This document shows, one piece after another, positions 20,660 through 32,566 of a stretch of 64,000 nucleotides of DNA (its first letter is position 1; each line of letters starts with the position of its first letter). The DNA is from Cyanobacteria bacterium P01_F01_bin.150 (lineage in GTDB: Bacteria; Cyanobacteriota; Cyanobacteriia; CAKZMO01): positions 1-64,000 of the forward strand of contig JBCCYL010000007.1 of NCBI GenBank assembly GCA_039189765.1, given 5' to 3'. Below the pieces are notes generated by a model. The model had not been told where the DNA came from. It made no database searches and saw only the letters and a list, made by a program, of their open reading frames with translations. The position numbers and the translations under genes were made by a program.

Positions 20660-21853
20660 TTATGCTCCCCAACCATCTTGAGTTAAAAAAGTGCTATTCA
20701 TGGGAATGGATGCAACGGGATTTGTCAATAAAAATGTTCTGGCTTCAATTTTTTCCTTTAGCTCCACGGCTACCTGGCGCGACAGAGAAATACTAGCTAA
20801 CGGAGCCGTACGAATTCGCCTCCCATTAATAGTAATGGCCCCAGACTTTAGCTGAGCATAACTGACCAAGCCAAAGGTGGGCCTAACTCGCCGAGGAATA
20901 GACAAGTCGATTACCGGAGCTACAATATCTACATCCTTGACCGCACAACGCTGTAGCACTTGCTCATTGAGCACTGGGATTGGAATTCCAACTCCCACCA
21001 TTAATGAAGGACCATATCCCTTAAAATAGCATCCTCTGACCCATTCTGATTGCATTTGCTTTGCATCCCCAATTAAAGCCAGGGTTGCGGCTGGACCAAT
21101 GGGAGTTTGGTTTGACAATCGCTTTTGTAGAGGAAAATGCTGGGTTCCTTCCCAGGCAATATAGCCGACTCCACCTCCCAAAAAAATCCGACTACCAATG
21201 CCTACGATCTGTAGTGCTGGATCGTTCCACAATGGTGATATTGCTCCGGGATTAGAATAAACTGCATTGCCTAAATGGGGCTGGAGGGGACCAAAATATG
21301 TCCATAGGGTGCGATCGCCTCCGTTTACCCCCACCACAAAATTTTGATAAAGATTGCGGGGATTAAACAGATAAAACTGGTTAATGGTGTGTTTGCTAAT
21401 TGTAGATTCAAAGGATGAGCGAGTGTAGCAATCGGACAAATTTCCCAAGGCTCGAAACGACACTCCCTTTCCGGCAATTAAGTCGGCAATGACATGACCG
21501 CCTCCCCTTTCCTTTAGGTCATCGATATCAATCGTTTCTCCCAGGCCAACATAGTCTGCGGGTTGGGTTGCCCCTAAATAGATATCAACAGCTCCAAAGC
21601 CAGCGTAAGCTAGCACTCCATCAAGCCAGCAGCGACGAATATTGAGCGGTGGGTCAGTATGCCCCAAATTAATGATTGCTCCGGAGGACTCCATCGGCTC
21701 AAACGTGCCAGTGGTAATGATGTCTACCTGTTGGGCGATCGCCTCCACACCCAGCTCATCAACCCTAGCTTTTAACTCTTCAGCCGTCCAAACAACTGCC
21801 CTACCCTCAGTGATCTTAGTATTAATCTCATCAACGGTTCGAGTCGTTCCCAT
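20660..21853 (-). CDS. Homocysteine biosynthesis protein (DUF39, aspartate-semialdehyde sulfurtransferase-like)
   Basis: 'RTVDEINTKI..G.AVVWTAEE', 'VDIITTGTFEPMESSGA', 'LFNPRNLYQN' and 'GVGIPIPVL'. Confidence 0.85.
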   Translation of the reverse strand: MGTTRTVDEINTKITEGRAVVWTAEELKARVDELGVEAIAQQVDIITTGTFEPMESSGAIINLGHTDPPLNIRRCWLDGVLAYAGFGAVDIYLGATQPADYVGLGETIDIDDLKERGGGHVIADLIAGKGVSFRALGNLSDCYTRSSFESTISKHTINQFYLFNPRNLYQNFVVGVNGGDRTLWTYFGPLQPHLGNAVYSNPGAISPLWNDPALQIVGIGSRIFLGGGVGYIAWEGTQHFPLQKRLSNQTPIGPAATLALIGDAKQMQSEWVRGCYFKGYGPSLMVGVGIPIPVLNEQVLQRCAVKDVDIVAPVIDLSIPRRVRPTFGLVSYAQLKSGAITINGRRIRTAPLASISLSRQVAVELKEKIEARTFLLTNPVASIPMNSTFLTQDGWGA

Positions 21854-22034
21854 TGGTTTGCAATGCCCGCCAACCCAGTAACCCCATCATAATAATGCAC
21901 GGTAACAGCACCAGCGTAATAGCAACACCTGATGTAGCTGGAATCGTAGTTAGTGGACCTACATATTTAATTAATAGAGAAATACCCAGGGATAGCAACA
22001 ACACCTTTGCTAAGAGCCCGATTGATTCTGCCAC
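21831..22034 (-). CDS. Small hypothetical membrane protein (2 TM)
   Basis: GTG start, two hydrophobic segments, 'SLLIKYVGP' typical of a small cyanobacterial family; overlaps the downstream gene start. Confidence 0.65.
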   Translation of the reverse strand: MAESIGLLAKVLLLSLGISLLIKYVGPLTTIPATSGVAITLVLLPCIIMMGLLGWRALQTNGNDSNR

Positions 22035-22240
22035 TTATCTGACCTCTGTCATATATGTAATGAGCTACAGCTATACTAGACGTAAGTGTGGATGATGAGT
22101 AAACCGGCGATTTAAATTATAGGATTCTGAGCAGCCTGTTAATCTTAATTAAGAGGCATGCTTATTTTATGGATTATTCAGAAATCTAAAGGCTCCTATT
22201 AACTAAAATCGCCGATTCAGTAACCAAGGTGTGAAACGGA

Positions 22241-23944
22241 GTGACCCAATATCAAGAAGAATATTTGGCTGAGCCGACTTTAAAGGGTAACAATTCGACC
22301 CAGCTATCATCGACCAGTGATGATTTCGACAATCATAGTGGCAAGGCTGATAGTTGTAATGGTAATAAAGATATTTCTGTAGATTCTCTCCCTGGGAAGG
22401 AATACTACCAAAACTATTCTGAAGCTTCATTATCAGTTACTAACAAAGTATCCGACGATAAATATTCAGATGAAGTATTATTGTCCTCTGAATCAACTCT
22501 TGCTCCATCCAGACGGTTTGGTATGTTGAAGGGGTTGTTTTTGGGAACCGCGTTTACGGGAACTGCTATCGTCTCTGGGTTGTTGGGGGTTGTTGTGTCG
22601 TTTACGGTTCCCCTGGCTGAGGCGATCGCCCCTACCGAAGATACGTCAACTTCTGTCGCAGATCTATGGCGCAAGGGTATTCGCCACCAAGTAGTTCGGC
22701 CCGTCAATATTTTGGTTATGGGAATTGACAAGGTCTCTGTCGTTGAACCACCCGAACAACAGCAAACCCTGTCTTCTTCTCCGACCGCAGAACCTCATTT
22801 GACGGACGATAATACTAGTCAAAGCACTGAACTAGCGGGCAATGCCGCAGGTATAGACAAATTCTCGGGGCGCAGTGACACTATGTTGCTTGTACAAGTT
22901 AATCCCGAACAAAATACGGTCAATGTGCTGTCTATCCCCCGTGATACTCAAGTCGAATTTCCTGGCCGTTCTGGGGTCACGAAGATCAATCATGCTAATT
23001 TAATTGGCGGACCTCGATTAGCGGCTGATGTGGTGAGCCATAATCTAAACGGCGTATCAATTGATCGTTACGTGAGAGTCAATACCGCCGCATTTCGAGA
23101 GTTGGTAGATGCTTTGGGAGGGGTAGAAATTTTGGTACCCCAACCGATGAAATATACGGACAAAACCCAAGGTTTATATATTGACCTAGAAGAGGGGCGT
23201 CAGTTCCTGACCGGAGAAGAAGCCGAACAATTTGCCCGGTTTCGGAGCGACGGCAATGGGGATATTGGTCGAGTTCAACGACAGCAGCAACTTATTAGGG
23301 CATTGCGCGATCGTGTTATGACTCCGACTATTGTGCCCAGCCTTCCTAGTATTCTACAGGTGTTACGAGAACATATTGACACTAACCTCACTACTGAAGA
23401 GCTATTGTCTCTCCTGAATTTCGCGTTAGATTTGGAAAGTGATCAGTTTCGCATGGTAATGTTGCCAGGGCAATTTAGTCGAGTCAATGAGTATATTGCG
23501 AGCTATTGGTTGATGGATAAGGCTGCCATTGATCGGGTCATGGCAGATTATTTCCAGGTCCGACCTAAAAAGTTAGCCGCCCAACTAGGCATTGGCCGTC
23601 AGGAATCAAAGGAAGATGCCTTCAAGTCTCTCCGTATCGTAATTCAAAATGCTTCAGGGGATCCGGCAGCTACTCAGCAACTAACGAGAATACTGCTGAA
23701 TGCGGGATTTACCCGAGTATATCGGTCTTTAGCATGGTCTCCAAAGCAAGTAGAGAATCCTCAACCCACTACCAAAATTATTGTTCAAGGAGGAGACCTT
23801 GAAAGTGCAGAACGGCTACAGAAAATGCTGAGTACTAGCATTATCGTTCCTGCGTCTATTGGTGACCTTCACTCTGATTTAACTCTTCGGATTGGTGAAG
23901 ACTGGGTCAACTTTTACGAACAGATTTCTGAATCTCAGGAATGA
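22241..23944 (+). CDS. LCP (LytR-CpsA-Psr) family protein with LytR C-terminal domain
   Basis: NILVMGID, GRSDTMLLV, SIPRDT, KINHAN, ARFR..GDIGRVQRQQ and C-terminal 'IVIQNAS...DLTLRIGED'. Confidence 0.93.
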   Translation: MTQYQEEYLAEPTLKGNNSTQLSSTSDDFDNHSGKADSCNGNKDISVDSLPGKEYYQNYSEASLSVTNKVSDDKYSDEVLLSSESTLAPSRRFGMLKGLFLGTAFTGTAIVSGLLGVVVSFTVPLAEAIAPTEDTSTSVADLWRKGIRHQVVRPVNILVMGIDKVSVVEPPEQQQTLSSSPTAEPHLTDDNTSQSTELAGNAAGIDKFSGRSDTMLLVQVNPEQNTVNVLSIPRDTQVEFPGRSGVTKINHANLIGGPRLAADVVSHNLNGVSIDRYVRVNTAAFRELVDALGGVEILVPQPMKYTDKTQGLYIDLEEGRQFLTGEEAEQFARFRSDGNGDIGRVQRQQQLIRALRDRVMTPTIVPSLPSILQVLREHIDTNLTTEELLSLLNFALDLESDQFRMVMLPGQFSRVNEYIASYWLMDKAAIDRVMADYFQVRPKKLAAQLGIGRQESKEDAFKSLRIVIQNASGDPAATQQLTRILLNAGFTRVYRSLAWSPKQVENPQPTTKIIVQGGDLESAERLQKMLSTSIIVPASIGDLHSDLTLRIGEDWVNFYEQISESQE

Positions 23945-24052
23945 CAAGGTATAGCTGAGGTCACTTTAGCCAGGATAGGGACGTTTTGGAACCCTGTCCT
24001 GGGAGGATAAAACCGTCCTAACCAGACTAGCGAGAGCCATAATAGAAGAAGA

Positions 24053-24667
24053 TTAAGGAATAGTTGTTGGGGTTCCATTTACTTCAAAACTGGGCCGTTC
24101 ATATGCATCTGTTTCTGGGTTAAGATTGGGTGTTGTTTCAAAGTTAGCTGATAAGATGTTCGAGGTTCCATTGGGGGGCGATAAAGTCTTTGCCGGAGAG
24201 CTTGGCAATACGTCGGAAGCCTGCTGTAGGTGTTCTAATACCTGAATAAAATCGCTAACTCCTGTAAATTGTCGATACACTGAAGCAAATCTTACATATG
24301 CTACTTCGTTGAGCTTACTAAGATGCTGCAATACTAATTCCCCAATCTCAGAACTACTCACTTCTCGGAGCGATCGCTGCTGTAGTTCCGCTTCTATCTC
24401 ATCCACAAAGTTTTCTTGGGCTAAAGCTGAAACCCCAGTTTTTTCACAGGCACAAGCAAGCCCCTTAAGGAGCTTTGAACGGTCAAAAGATTCGCGATCG
24501 CCATTGCGCTTGATGACAATAATTGGCACAAATTCAATGCGCTCATAGGTCGTGAACCGTCTTTCACAATCCAAACATTCCCGCCGCCGCCGGACACTTT
24601 GACCCGATTCAGCCGAACGAGATTCGAGAACGCGGTTATTAGGACATTGACAAAACGGACAGCGCAT
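24053..24667 (-). CDS. nrdR: Transcriptional repressor NrdR
   Basis: MRCPFC...[15 protein letters not shown] zinc ribbon, ATP-cone and [10 protein letters not shown]. Confidence 0.97.
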   Translation of the reverse strand: MRCPFCQCPNNRVLESRSAESGQSVRRRRECLDCERRFTTYERIEFVPIIVIKRNGDRESFDRSKLLKGLACACEKTGVSALAQENFVDEIEAELQQRSLREVSSSEIGELVLQHLSKLNEVAYVRFASVYRQFTGVSDFIQVLEHLQQASDVLPSSPAKTLSPPNGTSNILSANFETTPNLNPETDAYERPSFEVNGTPTTIP

Positions 24668-24982
24668 AAGGAAACCTTTATGTAATCAGGGACCTGCAAA
24701 TTTATATAACCCTTTATCAATTCAGCTATAGAATCAACTTCTTTCTCTATCCTAATTCCATCTATCTATAAAATGTCAAATTCTTAGCTCAAAATTCAAT
24801 CCAGGATGAGCTTTGAGCTGTTATGGTGTGCACTAACTTAAAAGGATGGGCTAGATTTATTGCAAATTAAAGTGAATCAGAGTGCTCTTCCAATTGCCTT
24901 TCCCATATATGTTAAAAGGTCCCAGACGAAACGCCTAGAACCTGAACATCATATGAAGATTATGAGCGCCTAGCTACAAAAT

Positions 24983-25084
24983 CTATTCATCATCCTCGAT
25001 TTTAGGGGGTTCACGAAACGCGATTGCGAAGAACAAGGTTCCAAGAGCACCAGCTAAAACAAGAATGTAAGCAACACTTTCCAT
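24983..25084 (-). CDS. psbT: Photosystem II reaction centre protein T
   Basis: Manual translation [33 protein letters not shown]; canonical position downstream of psbB. Missing from the ORF track (33 aa). Confidence 0.96.
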   Translation of the reverse strand: MESVAYILVLAGALGTLFFAIAFREPPKIEDDE

Positions 25085-25280
25085 CTGCCCTAATCCTAAA
25101 TTATCACTACCACAAGATCCTCAATTCAAGCGTACACTTGTTCAATCATATACTAGACCAGTAAAGAACAAAGTAAACATTGAACGATTATTTTATGTTT
25201 AAAGCAAATTCATCAAGCCTTAAAACACGTCTGCAAAACAGTGTATCACTGATTCAACATCAAAATTACTGCTTCTAAAT

Positions 25281-25307
25281 AAAAGCAGGGAGCAAAGTGC
25301 TCCCTGC
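25281..25307 (-). terminator. Hairpin/terminator between psbB and psbT
   Basis: GCAGGGAGCA-(3 nt)-TGCTCCCTGC perfect 10-bp stem followed by TTTT on the minus strand. Confidence 0.75.
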
Positions 25308-25358
25308 CTTCATATGTAAGCCTAGTTAACGCTAAGGGTCACAAATCTCCTAGGAAAA

Positions 25359-26894
25359 CTACACTTTGTTGGCACGAGTTGACTTGTCTCCAACCTTCTG
25401 GAAAAAGCCCCACTCCACCTGCGTAGGAGACAAATCGGGGTCAATACCCGCGAATACGTCTCGATACAGAGTACGAGCACCATGCCAAATGTGTCCAAAG
25501 AAGAACAGTAAAGCAAATACTGCATGACCAAAAGTAAACCAGCCACGAGTGCTAGTACGGAATACACCATCCGAACCTAAAGTCTCTCTATCGAACTCAA
25601 ATGGCTCACCTAGCTGGGCCTTGCGAGCAATCTCCTTAACTTCAGAAGACTCCGTAAACGTTTGACCATCTAGATTTCCACCATAGAAGGTTGCTGTTAC
25701 ACCAGTCTCCTCAAAGCTGTATCGAGACTCAGCACGACGGAAAGGAATATCAGCACGCACAATACCGTCTTGATCAGTTAAGACAACGGGAAAGTTCTCA
25801 AAGAAGTTTGGCAAGCGACGGACACTCAACACGCGACCCTCAGAATCCTTGAATTCAGGATGTCCCAACCAGCTCTCGGCAATACCATCCCCTTGTACCA
25901 TCGGACCAACACGGAACAAACCGCCCTTTGCTGGACTATTGCCAACGTAATCAAAAAAAGCAAGCTTCTCAGGAATCGTCTGCCAGGCTTCGGCCTCAGT
26001 TGATCCAGAAGCAACTTCCGCTTGAACCCTACGCTCAATCTCCTGCTGGAAATAACCACTATCCCACTGATAACGGGTTGGCCCAAACAGCTCAATGGGA
26101 GTAGCCGCACTGCCGTACCACATTGTTCCAGCAACAATAAATGCAGCAAAGAAGACAGCAGCAATACTACTGGAGAGCACAGTCTCAATGTTACCCATCC
26201 TCAGCGCGCGATATAGGCGTTCAGGAGGACGTACAGACAGATGGAATAGACCAGCGATGATACCAATAATGCCTGCTGCAATGTGGTGAGCCACAATACC
26301 ACCAGGGTTGTATGGATCGAACCCTTCTGGCCCCCAAGCAGGTGAAACAGGCTGAACAGCACCTGTTAAACCATATGGATCAGAAACCCACATTCCTGGC
26401 CCCCAAAGACCTGTGAGATGGAAGGCACCGAAACCAAAACAAAGTAGACCGGACAAAAACAAATGAATTCCAAACATCTTGGGCAAATCAAGTGCCGGTT
26501 CCCCTGTACGGGGGTCTCTGAACAACTCGAGATCCCAAAATACCCAGTGCCAAACGGCAGCCAGGAATAACATACCAGACAAAATAATGTGAGCAGCTGC
26601 TACCCCTTCAAAGGACCAGAAGCCAGGATTAACTGCAGCTCCAGTAGCACCTGTTACACTCCATCCCCCCCAAGAGTCAGTCACTCCCAAGCGGGCCATA
26701 AAGGGTAGTACAAACATGCCTTGACGCCACATTGGGTCTAAGACAGAGTCACTCGGATCAAAAATAGCTAGCTCATATAAAGCCATTGAGCCAGCCCATC
26801 CAGCAACCAGAGCAGTGTGCATGAGGTGTACAGAAATCAGTCGCCCTGGATCATTCAGGACCACTGTATGTACCCGATACCAAGGTAGTCCCAT
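25359..26894 (-). CDS. psbB: Photosystem II CP47 chlorophyll-binding protein
   Basis: [27 protein letters not shown]...[28 protein letters not shown] upstream. Confidence 0.99.
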   Translation of the reverse strand: MGLPWYRVHTVVLNDPGRLISVHLMHTALVAGWAGSMALYELAIFDPSDSVLDPMWRQGMFVLPFMARLGVTDSWGGWSVTGATGAAVNPGFWSFEGVAAAHIILSGMLFLAAVWHWVFWDLELFRDPRTGEPALDLPKMFGIHLFLSGLLCFGFGAFHLTGLWGPGMWVSDPYGLTGAVQPVSPAWGPEGFDPYNPGGIVAHHIAAGIIGIIAGLFHLSVRPPERLYRALRMGNIETVLSSSIAAVFFAAFIVAGTMWYGSAATPIELFGPTRYQWDSGYFQQEIERRVQAEVASGSTEAEAWQTIPEKLAFFDYVGNSPAKGGLFRVGPMVQGDGIAESWLGHPEFKDSEGRVLSVRRLPNFFENFPVVLTDQDGIVRADIPFRRAESRYSFEETGVTATFYGGNLDGQTFTESSEVKEIARKAQLGEPFEFDRETLGSDGVFRTSTRGWFTFGHAVFALLFFFGHIWHGARTLYRDVFAGIDPDLSPTQVEWGFFQKVGDKSTRANKV

Positions 26895-27106
26895 CGACTA
26901 CGCTCCTCCTACTAAATGTTCCAACGCTTCTTTGACGATCTTGTTAAGAGACAACCGAACCCGAACCCAACTAATTCACAAATGCGAATTTGGACCTAAG
27001 TTCAAACATCACCACTTGTCATTACCGCCTTCAACACTTTACTCCCTTAAAGCACAAGGGGTATACCATCTCAAACAGTCTGACAACTAGCTCGTAAAAA
27101 TGAAAG

Positions 27107-27124
27107 TGTATAAATAAATGTAAC
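27107..27124 (-). promoter_or_regulatory. Possible HLR1 (RpaB-binding) motif upstream of psbB
   Basis: Minus strand GTTACATT-TA-TTTATACA resembles the (G/T)TTACA(T/A)(T/A)-N2 direct repeat; the second half is imperfect. Confidence 0.35.
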
Positions 27125-27440
27125 CAGTGTTAGACCCTATTGCAAGGGATGCAATATTTCCCGGTGAGTAATTTTGGCCCATTTTTAGTATTCGATGTAG
27201 AAATCTTGGCATTTAGGGAGCAAAGATTAACAATCGACTAAATCTTTTGCATCTAATTTACCGAAAAATTATTGGAGGTCAACAACCCATATAAAATCAT
27301 GGAAGGGTATGGGCAAGTGGTCTTCGCCTCCAGTGCTTCCTTGGGTGATATTATATGCTCTGGGCATTTGCAGTTTAGATAGCCCAGTGTGTTTTTTATA
27401 GTTTTCTTAAGTTGTTCGAAGAATTTGGAGGCTGGGTTCA

Positions 27441-27551
27441 GTGGAGGTTCAAAATCTCGGTTTTGTTGCAACCATTTTGTTCGTGTTTGTACCAGTGGTA
27501 TTCTTGTTGATTCTCTATATTCAGACCAACAAGCCAGGTGGTGACACCTAG
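27441..27551 (+). CDS. psbM: Photosystem II reaction centre protein M
   Basis: Manual translation (GTG start) MEVQNLGFVATILFVFVPVVFLLILYIQTNKPGGDT; GGAGG RBS at 27427. Missing from the ORF track. Confidence 0.94.
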   Translation: MEVQNLGFVATILFVFVPVVFLLILYIQTNKPGGDT

Positions 27552-27591
27552 GATCTGATATCCCTGAGCATGCAGATATAAGGAAGACACT

Positions 27592-27633
27592 GCACTATGG
27601 CTGTTGTAGAAACAGCACAGGTGCGGTTTTTTT
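27592..27633 (+). terminator. Likely intrinsic terminator after psbM
   Basis: GCAC-TATG-GCTGTT-GTAGA-AACAGC-ACAG-GTGC followed by a T7 tract. Confidence 0.55.
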
Positions 27634-27961
27634 GTGGAAAAATGCTCTATGGATTACTAATAACTCGAGATGCAGATTCTTTGAAGAAGAGTGAAGAAGC
27701 AATATATTTAGACTTGTCCATAGGGGTTCTTGAGAAGTTAGCTTTTTCCTCAACTCAAGTTTTTAAGAGGTTAGCAATAAAGCCAACATATAGCAGGGCT
27801 TGATACGATGGATTAGAACGATAACTTACTCGTGATACTTTGCTTTAAGGTGGACACTGATGGGTGTATGTAAGCTGAATGCAAGTCAAATGATCTGGCT
27901 AGATAGTAAAATATATTGCCATTTATTAAGTTTTGGGCGAATGCTCAAGTCCAAGGCCAGA

Positions 27962-28402
27962 ATGAGAAGGACCAAGTTAAACTGCTATTTGATAATAACC
28001 TTTTGTACAGCGCTTCTTACGGCAGGTTGCACTATTACAAGCGTTTCGGACTCTCCAAATCTGCCGCTTGACGGTTCAGCCACAGAAGCAGATACATCAA
28101 CAGAACTTCTTAACCAAACAGAAACTGAACTGCCTTCTTCGGATTCTGAGATGCTGTCAACGGACGTTGAAAAACGTATGTTGGATGCCATTGCTATGGA
28201 CTTATCCGTAAATAAAGAATCTCTAAGAATAGATTCAATAGCCGCACAAACATGGGCCGATGGCTGCCTTGGCTTAGGAACGAATGATGAGCTTTGCACA
28301 ATGGCTCTAGTCGAAGGCTGGTATGTTCAAGTAAGTAGTGAAGACGGCACTAAAATTTATCGCAGCAATAAAGAAGGTACTGTTATTCGCAGAGCTGGCT
28401 AA
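27962..28402 (+). CDS. Hypothetical lipoprotein
   Basis: Signal peptide with lipobox LTAG-C; conserved 'TWADGCLGL...CTMALVEGW' motif. Start moved from 27860 to ATG 27962. Confidence 0.75.
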   Translation: MRRTKLNCYLIITFCTALLTAGCTITSVSDSPNLPLDGSATEADTSTELLNQTETELPSSDSEMLSTDVEKRMLDAIAMDLSVNKESLRIDSIAAQTWADGCLGLGTNDELCTMALVEGWYVQVSSEDGTKIYRSNKEGTVIRRAG

Positions 28403-28448
28403 ACTTCAATCAGGAAACATGGCTAAACTCTCGTATATGTAACCTTAC

Positions 28449-29243
28449 TCAGCCACTACTCGGAAAATGCTCAATCTGGGCATAACCACTAAAAACAAGC
28501 GTTTTACCTTGAGTTTCTAAGCGATTAATCCTCATCACAATTCCATCAAGGTTGAATCGATCAAGATCAACCATACTATTTAAGACTGTGATGAACCCGT
28601 TGCTCAGGATGCCTGAGATACCTTGAAGCTCTTGTGGAACCTTCTCTTCATTAAATATTGCATCGTTGAAAACAACTCTTCTACGCCTTTCTACCGCCAG
28701 AGTAGCAAGGATTTCCACGGGGACCCTTTGACGATTCGGGAGGTCAGTTAGAGCGGATATACTAACTTGGTTGCTGCTACTCAACTCCACCTGAACGTCA
28801 CGAAATGATATGGGTTCGCCACCAGATAAATTTGTCAATGCTTCAGCATCTACTCCTTGCAAATGCTGCTGAACAAGGTCAGCCTCAAACGCCTTGTTAA
28901 TAGCTTCTTCAGTCAATATGACTTGAGCAACAGCTTGGGTTGGCTGCTTAATCTGCAACCTACCAGACAGCAGAGCCGACGTATCTACAGACACTGCGTC
29001 AGTCTCAAACGACATCTCTTTGACTGCGAAAGCTCGACGAATCAACAATTCGCGTCCTTTCATTTTGAAGCTGTCGATGGTCCCCTGAAGCAGTTTGCTA
29101 GGAGGGTTACATTGAATATCCACATCAATGAACTCACTTGACGTAAAAAGATGCCGAATGGACTGGCTGGCCACCGTGTTAAGCATGCGTTGACCCAGAT
29201 CACTACTAGATTTGCCTTTGAGGTCAATTAGACTACCAATCAT
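28449..29243 (-). CDS. DUF2993 / LmeA-like lipid-binding protein
   Basis: 'SIRHLFT.SE..DV.I.C.PPSKLLQGTIDSF.M.G' and 'LTEE.INKAF' cyanobacterial DUF2993 pattern. Confidence 0.8.
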   Translation of the reverse strand: MIGSLIDLKGKSSSDLGQRMLNTVASQSIRHLFTSSEFIDVDIQCNPPSKLLQGTIDSFKMKGRELLIRRAFAVKEMSFETDAVSVDTSALLSGRLQIKQPTQAVAQVILTEEAINKAFEADLVQQHLQGVDAEALTNLSGGEPISFRDVQVELSSSNQVSISALTDLPNRQRVPVEILATLAVERRRRVVFNDAIFNEEKVPQELQGISGILSNGFITVLNSMVDLDRFNLDGIVMRINRLETQGKTLVFSGYAQIEHFPSSG

Positions 29244-29490
29244 GCGCTATGTGGCCTCGGAAAAACCTTCTCTTTAACTTGTAACAAATTATTAAGTCAG
29301 TCTGCAATATGGAAATCTTGGGGATTGGATAGATTTCTCCAATAGTTGAAGTGTCATTATCCAGTTTAAACGTTTAAGCTATGCATCTGGGTCTTGCTGC
29401 ACTCCCACTAATTTTAAGTTACGCATCATAAAGATTTTGTAGATTGCCTTATCCGCCACAAAAGATATTAAGATAATTTGGCAATTTTGA

Positions 29491-30270
<780 letters not shown>

Positions 30271-30387
30271 GCTAACTTTTGTAGATGGGGAAAGCTCTAT
30301 GGCTCCCAGCTTTTTGGGAAACACTATGAGGCATTACTGCTGTAAGTTTGAGGCTAATATTGCAAGATGTCGGTTCATATGGTTTTG

Positions 30388-32163
30388 TTATGGAGAACGT
30401 AGTGGCAGGCTAAAATTCTGTGAGATTGCCCTGTCTCGGCCTTTTTCTTTTGCCTCGTACAGACCCTGATCTGCATTGGCAATGATGGCTTCAGCATTCC
30501 ATTCAGAGCGTTGAAGAAGCACCTCGTTGATTAGAACAGTTGTTACTCCGCAACTTAACGTAACATTCTCTGCGGTTTTAGAACTGGAGTGAGGGATTTG
30601 TAAAGACCTTACCTGTTCTACAACTCTTTCGGCTATCCTGAATGCGGACTTTTGATCAGTGGCTGGGAGCATAATGACGAACTCTTCACCGCCATATCGA
30701 GCGACTGAATCACTCCGGCGGACAGCTGATTTGATAGCATTAGCAACCTTCTGTAAACAAACATCTCCGGCAAGATGGCCATAGGTATCGTTATACAGTT
30801 TGAAATGGTCAACATCGCAAAGGATTATTGAAAGATAGCCCTGGAATTGAATGCGCTGGGTCAAAATTTGGTCGAAGTAGCGTCGATTTGCAACACGAGT
30901 CAGACCATCTCTATATGCCAGTTGATGAAGGCGTTGACCATAGATACCAATCATAGCCAATCCAGAAAAGATAGTACTGGCGGCAGTAGGGATAACAGGA
31001 ATCCAAAGGCTGTTGAGGAATGCCAGGTAGCTACAGCCAACAGTGCAAACAATCATGACGCTGATCATGAGCATTAAGCCACCGTAAGAAACTAAAACGC
31101 CGAAAAATCGACCATGTTTTAGAAGATGTCCACTCAAGAACACACTAACTAATGACCAACCTAATGCCCAGAGCCACTCCTGAGTTTCTGGAATAGTTCT
31201 TAAAAACGGTCGCCCATCTACCGCTCCACTTACAATCTGGCTGGCCAAATTGGCATGAATGAAGACTCCAGGCATGCGAGTCTTATCAAAAAAGTCTGTC
31301 CTGCTGTAAGGCGTAGAGAAGAAATCATATACGCTACGTGCTGTGATCCCAACGAAAACGATTCGATCTCGAAAAAAATTCTCTGTTATTTCCCCTGAAA
31401 GAACATGACGTAAAGAAACAGTTTGAAAATTCTCTTCTTGTCCTCGATAGTTAAGGAGAATTTGATATCCATCTGTATCAGCCTTTACATACCCTCCGTC
31501 GTTGGAATTTAAAGGGCTGAATGTTGCTTTCCCAAGTCGTATTTCATGTTCATTCTCGCCTCTTTCCAAGAAAATCCCTTTCTCTTCAAGATATTCAAGG
31601 GCAACACGAGGGCCTAATGTCAAATGGATATGATCATCATGCTTGACTGAGATTAGTCCCCGTCGCACCTTTAAGTCAGTGTCTTCAACGATATCAACTG
31701 TTGCGACTTGATTCTTCTCTTGAAGTATTGCTGGTGCTTGAACAACCCAGGAACCAGAAATCTTGCGAATGCCGATTACATTGGACATTGATTGAAAAAC
31801 CTCTGTGAGCTTTTCCTGCCCTGAACCAACAGCGAGATCCCGATACATATCCAAACCAATAACGGTTGCTTGCTCTTGTTGCAGACGGAGTAGAAGTGTT
31901 GCTAAAAGCTCATCTGAAATGGATGCCCGTTTAACTGACGCTAGATCATCATCATCAATCGTGACAACGACAATTCTAGAATCTTTTTGTTCTAGTGGGC
32001 GTAGCTTAAAAAATGCATCATAAACAGACCACTCAAATGCCTGAAAAAGCCCCATTGCATTTAACGCGGCAGCTATAGCTACGACGCTGGGTGCAATGAG
32101 AAATAATGCACAATCTTGAATCCACCAACGCTTCACAGTCAACTTTGGGATATATTGTTTCAT
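30388..32163 (-). CDS. CHASE2 sensor diguanylate cyclase
   Basis: CHASE2 (IGLDMYRD, MPGVFIHAN), 3 TM segments, GGEEF with RRSD I-site. Confidence 0.92.
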   Translation of the reverse strand: MKQYIPKLTVKRWWIQDCALFLIAPSVVAIAAALNAMGLFQAFEWSVYDAFFKLRPLEQKDSRIVVVTIDDDDLASVKRASISDELLATLLLRLQQEQATVIGLDMYRDLAVGSGQEKLTEVFQSMSNVIGIRKISGSWVVQAPAILQEKNQVATVDIVEDTDLKVRRGLISVKHDDHIHLTLGPRVALEYLEEKGIFLERGENEHEIRLGKATFSPLNSNDGGYVKADTDGYQILLNYRGQEENFQTVSLRHVLSGEITENFFRDRIVFVGITARSVYDFFSTPYSRTDFFDKTRMPGVFIHANLASQIVSGAVDGRPFLRTIPETQEWLWALGWSLVSVFLSGHLLKHGRFFGVLVSYGGLMLMISVMIVCTVGCSYLAFLNSLWIPVIPTAASTIFSGLAMIGIYGQRLHQLAYRDGLTRVANRRYFDQILTQRIQFQGYLSIILCDVDHFKLYNDTYGHLAGDVCLQKVANAIKSAVRRSDSVARYGGEEFVIMLPATDQKSAFRIAERVVEQVRSLQIPHSSSKTAENVTLSCGVTTVLINEVLLQRSEWNAEAIIANADQGLYEAKEKGRDRAISQNFSLPLRSP

Positions 32164-32566
32164 TCATGTTATGCGCTTGGGACTGTATACAAGACCTACA
32201 GGAAAAAACTTTAGATTTCCATGACATTAGTGTATGCCTCAAGCAGGAAACCTCCCTTTAAAGTCCTGAGATAATTCATGTTCCAGAGCCTTAACCTACA
32301 GGCCATAAAGTAGCATATGTTATGCACAGCTAAAAACAGACTTTTTGGCTTAGTATTTTCCCTACAAAGGAGTAGCGACTAAATAGGAACTCTGTCAATT
32401 AGTTGTTAGCAGCATATCCTCTATAGACCCTGTATAAATATGCTCAAAATACTGAGAATTGATAATTTCTAACAAAAAATTAAACATTGAGCCATGAGTT
32501 AGTTACTTACAATGAAGTAAACGTATGAAAAATAGTAAGTATCTTCACTTTCGGAAAGCTAAAGAA

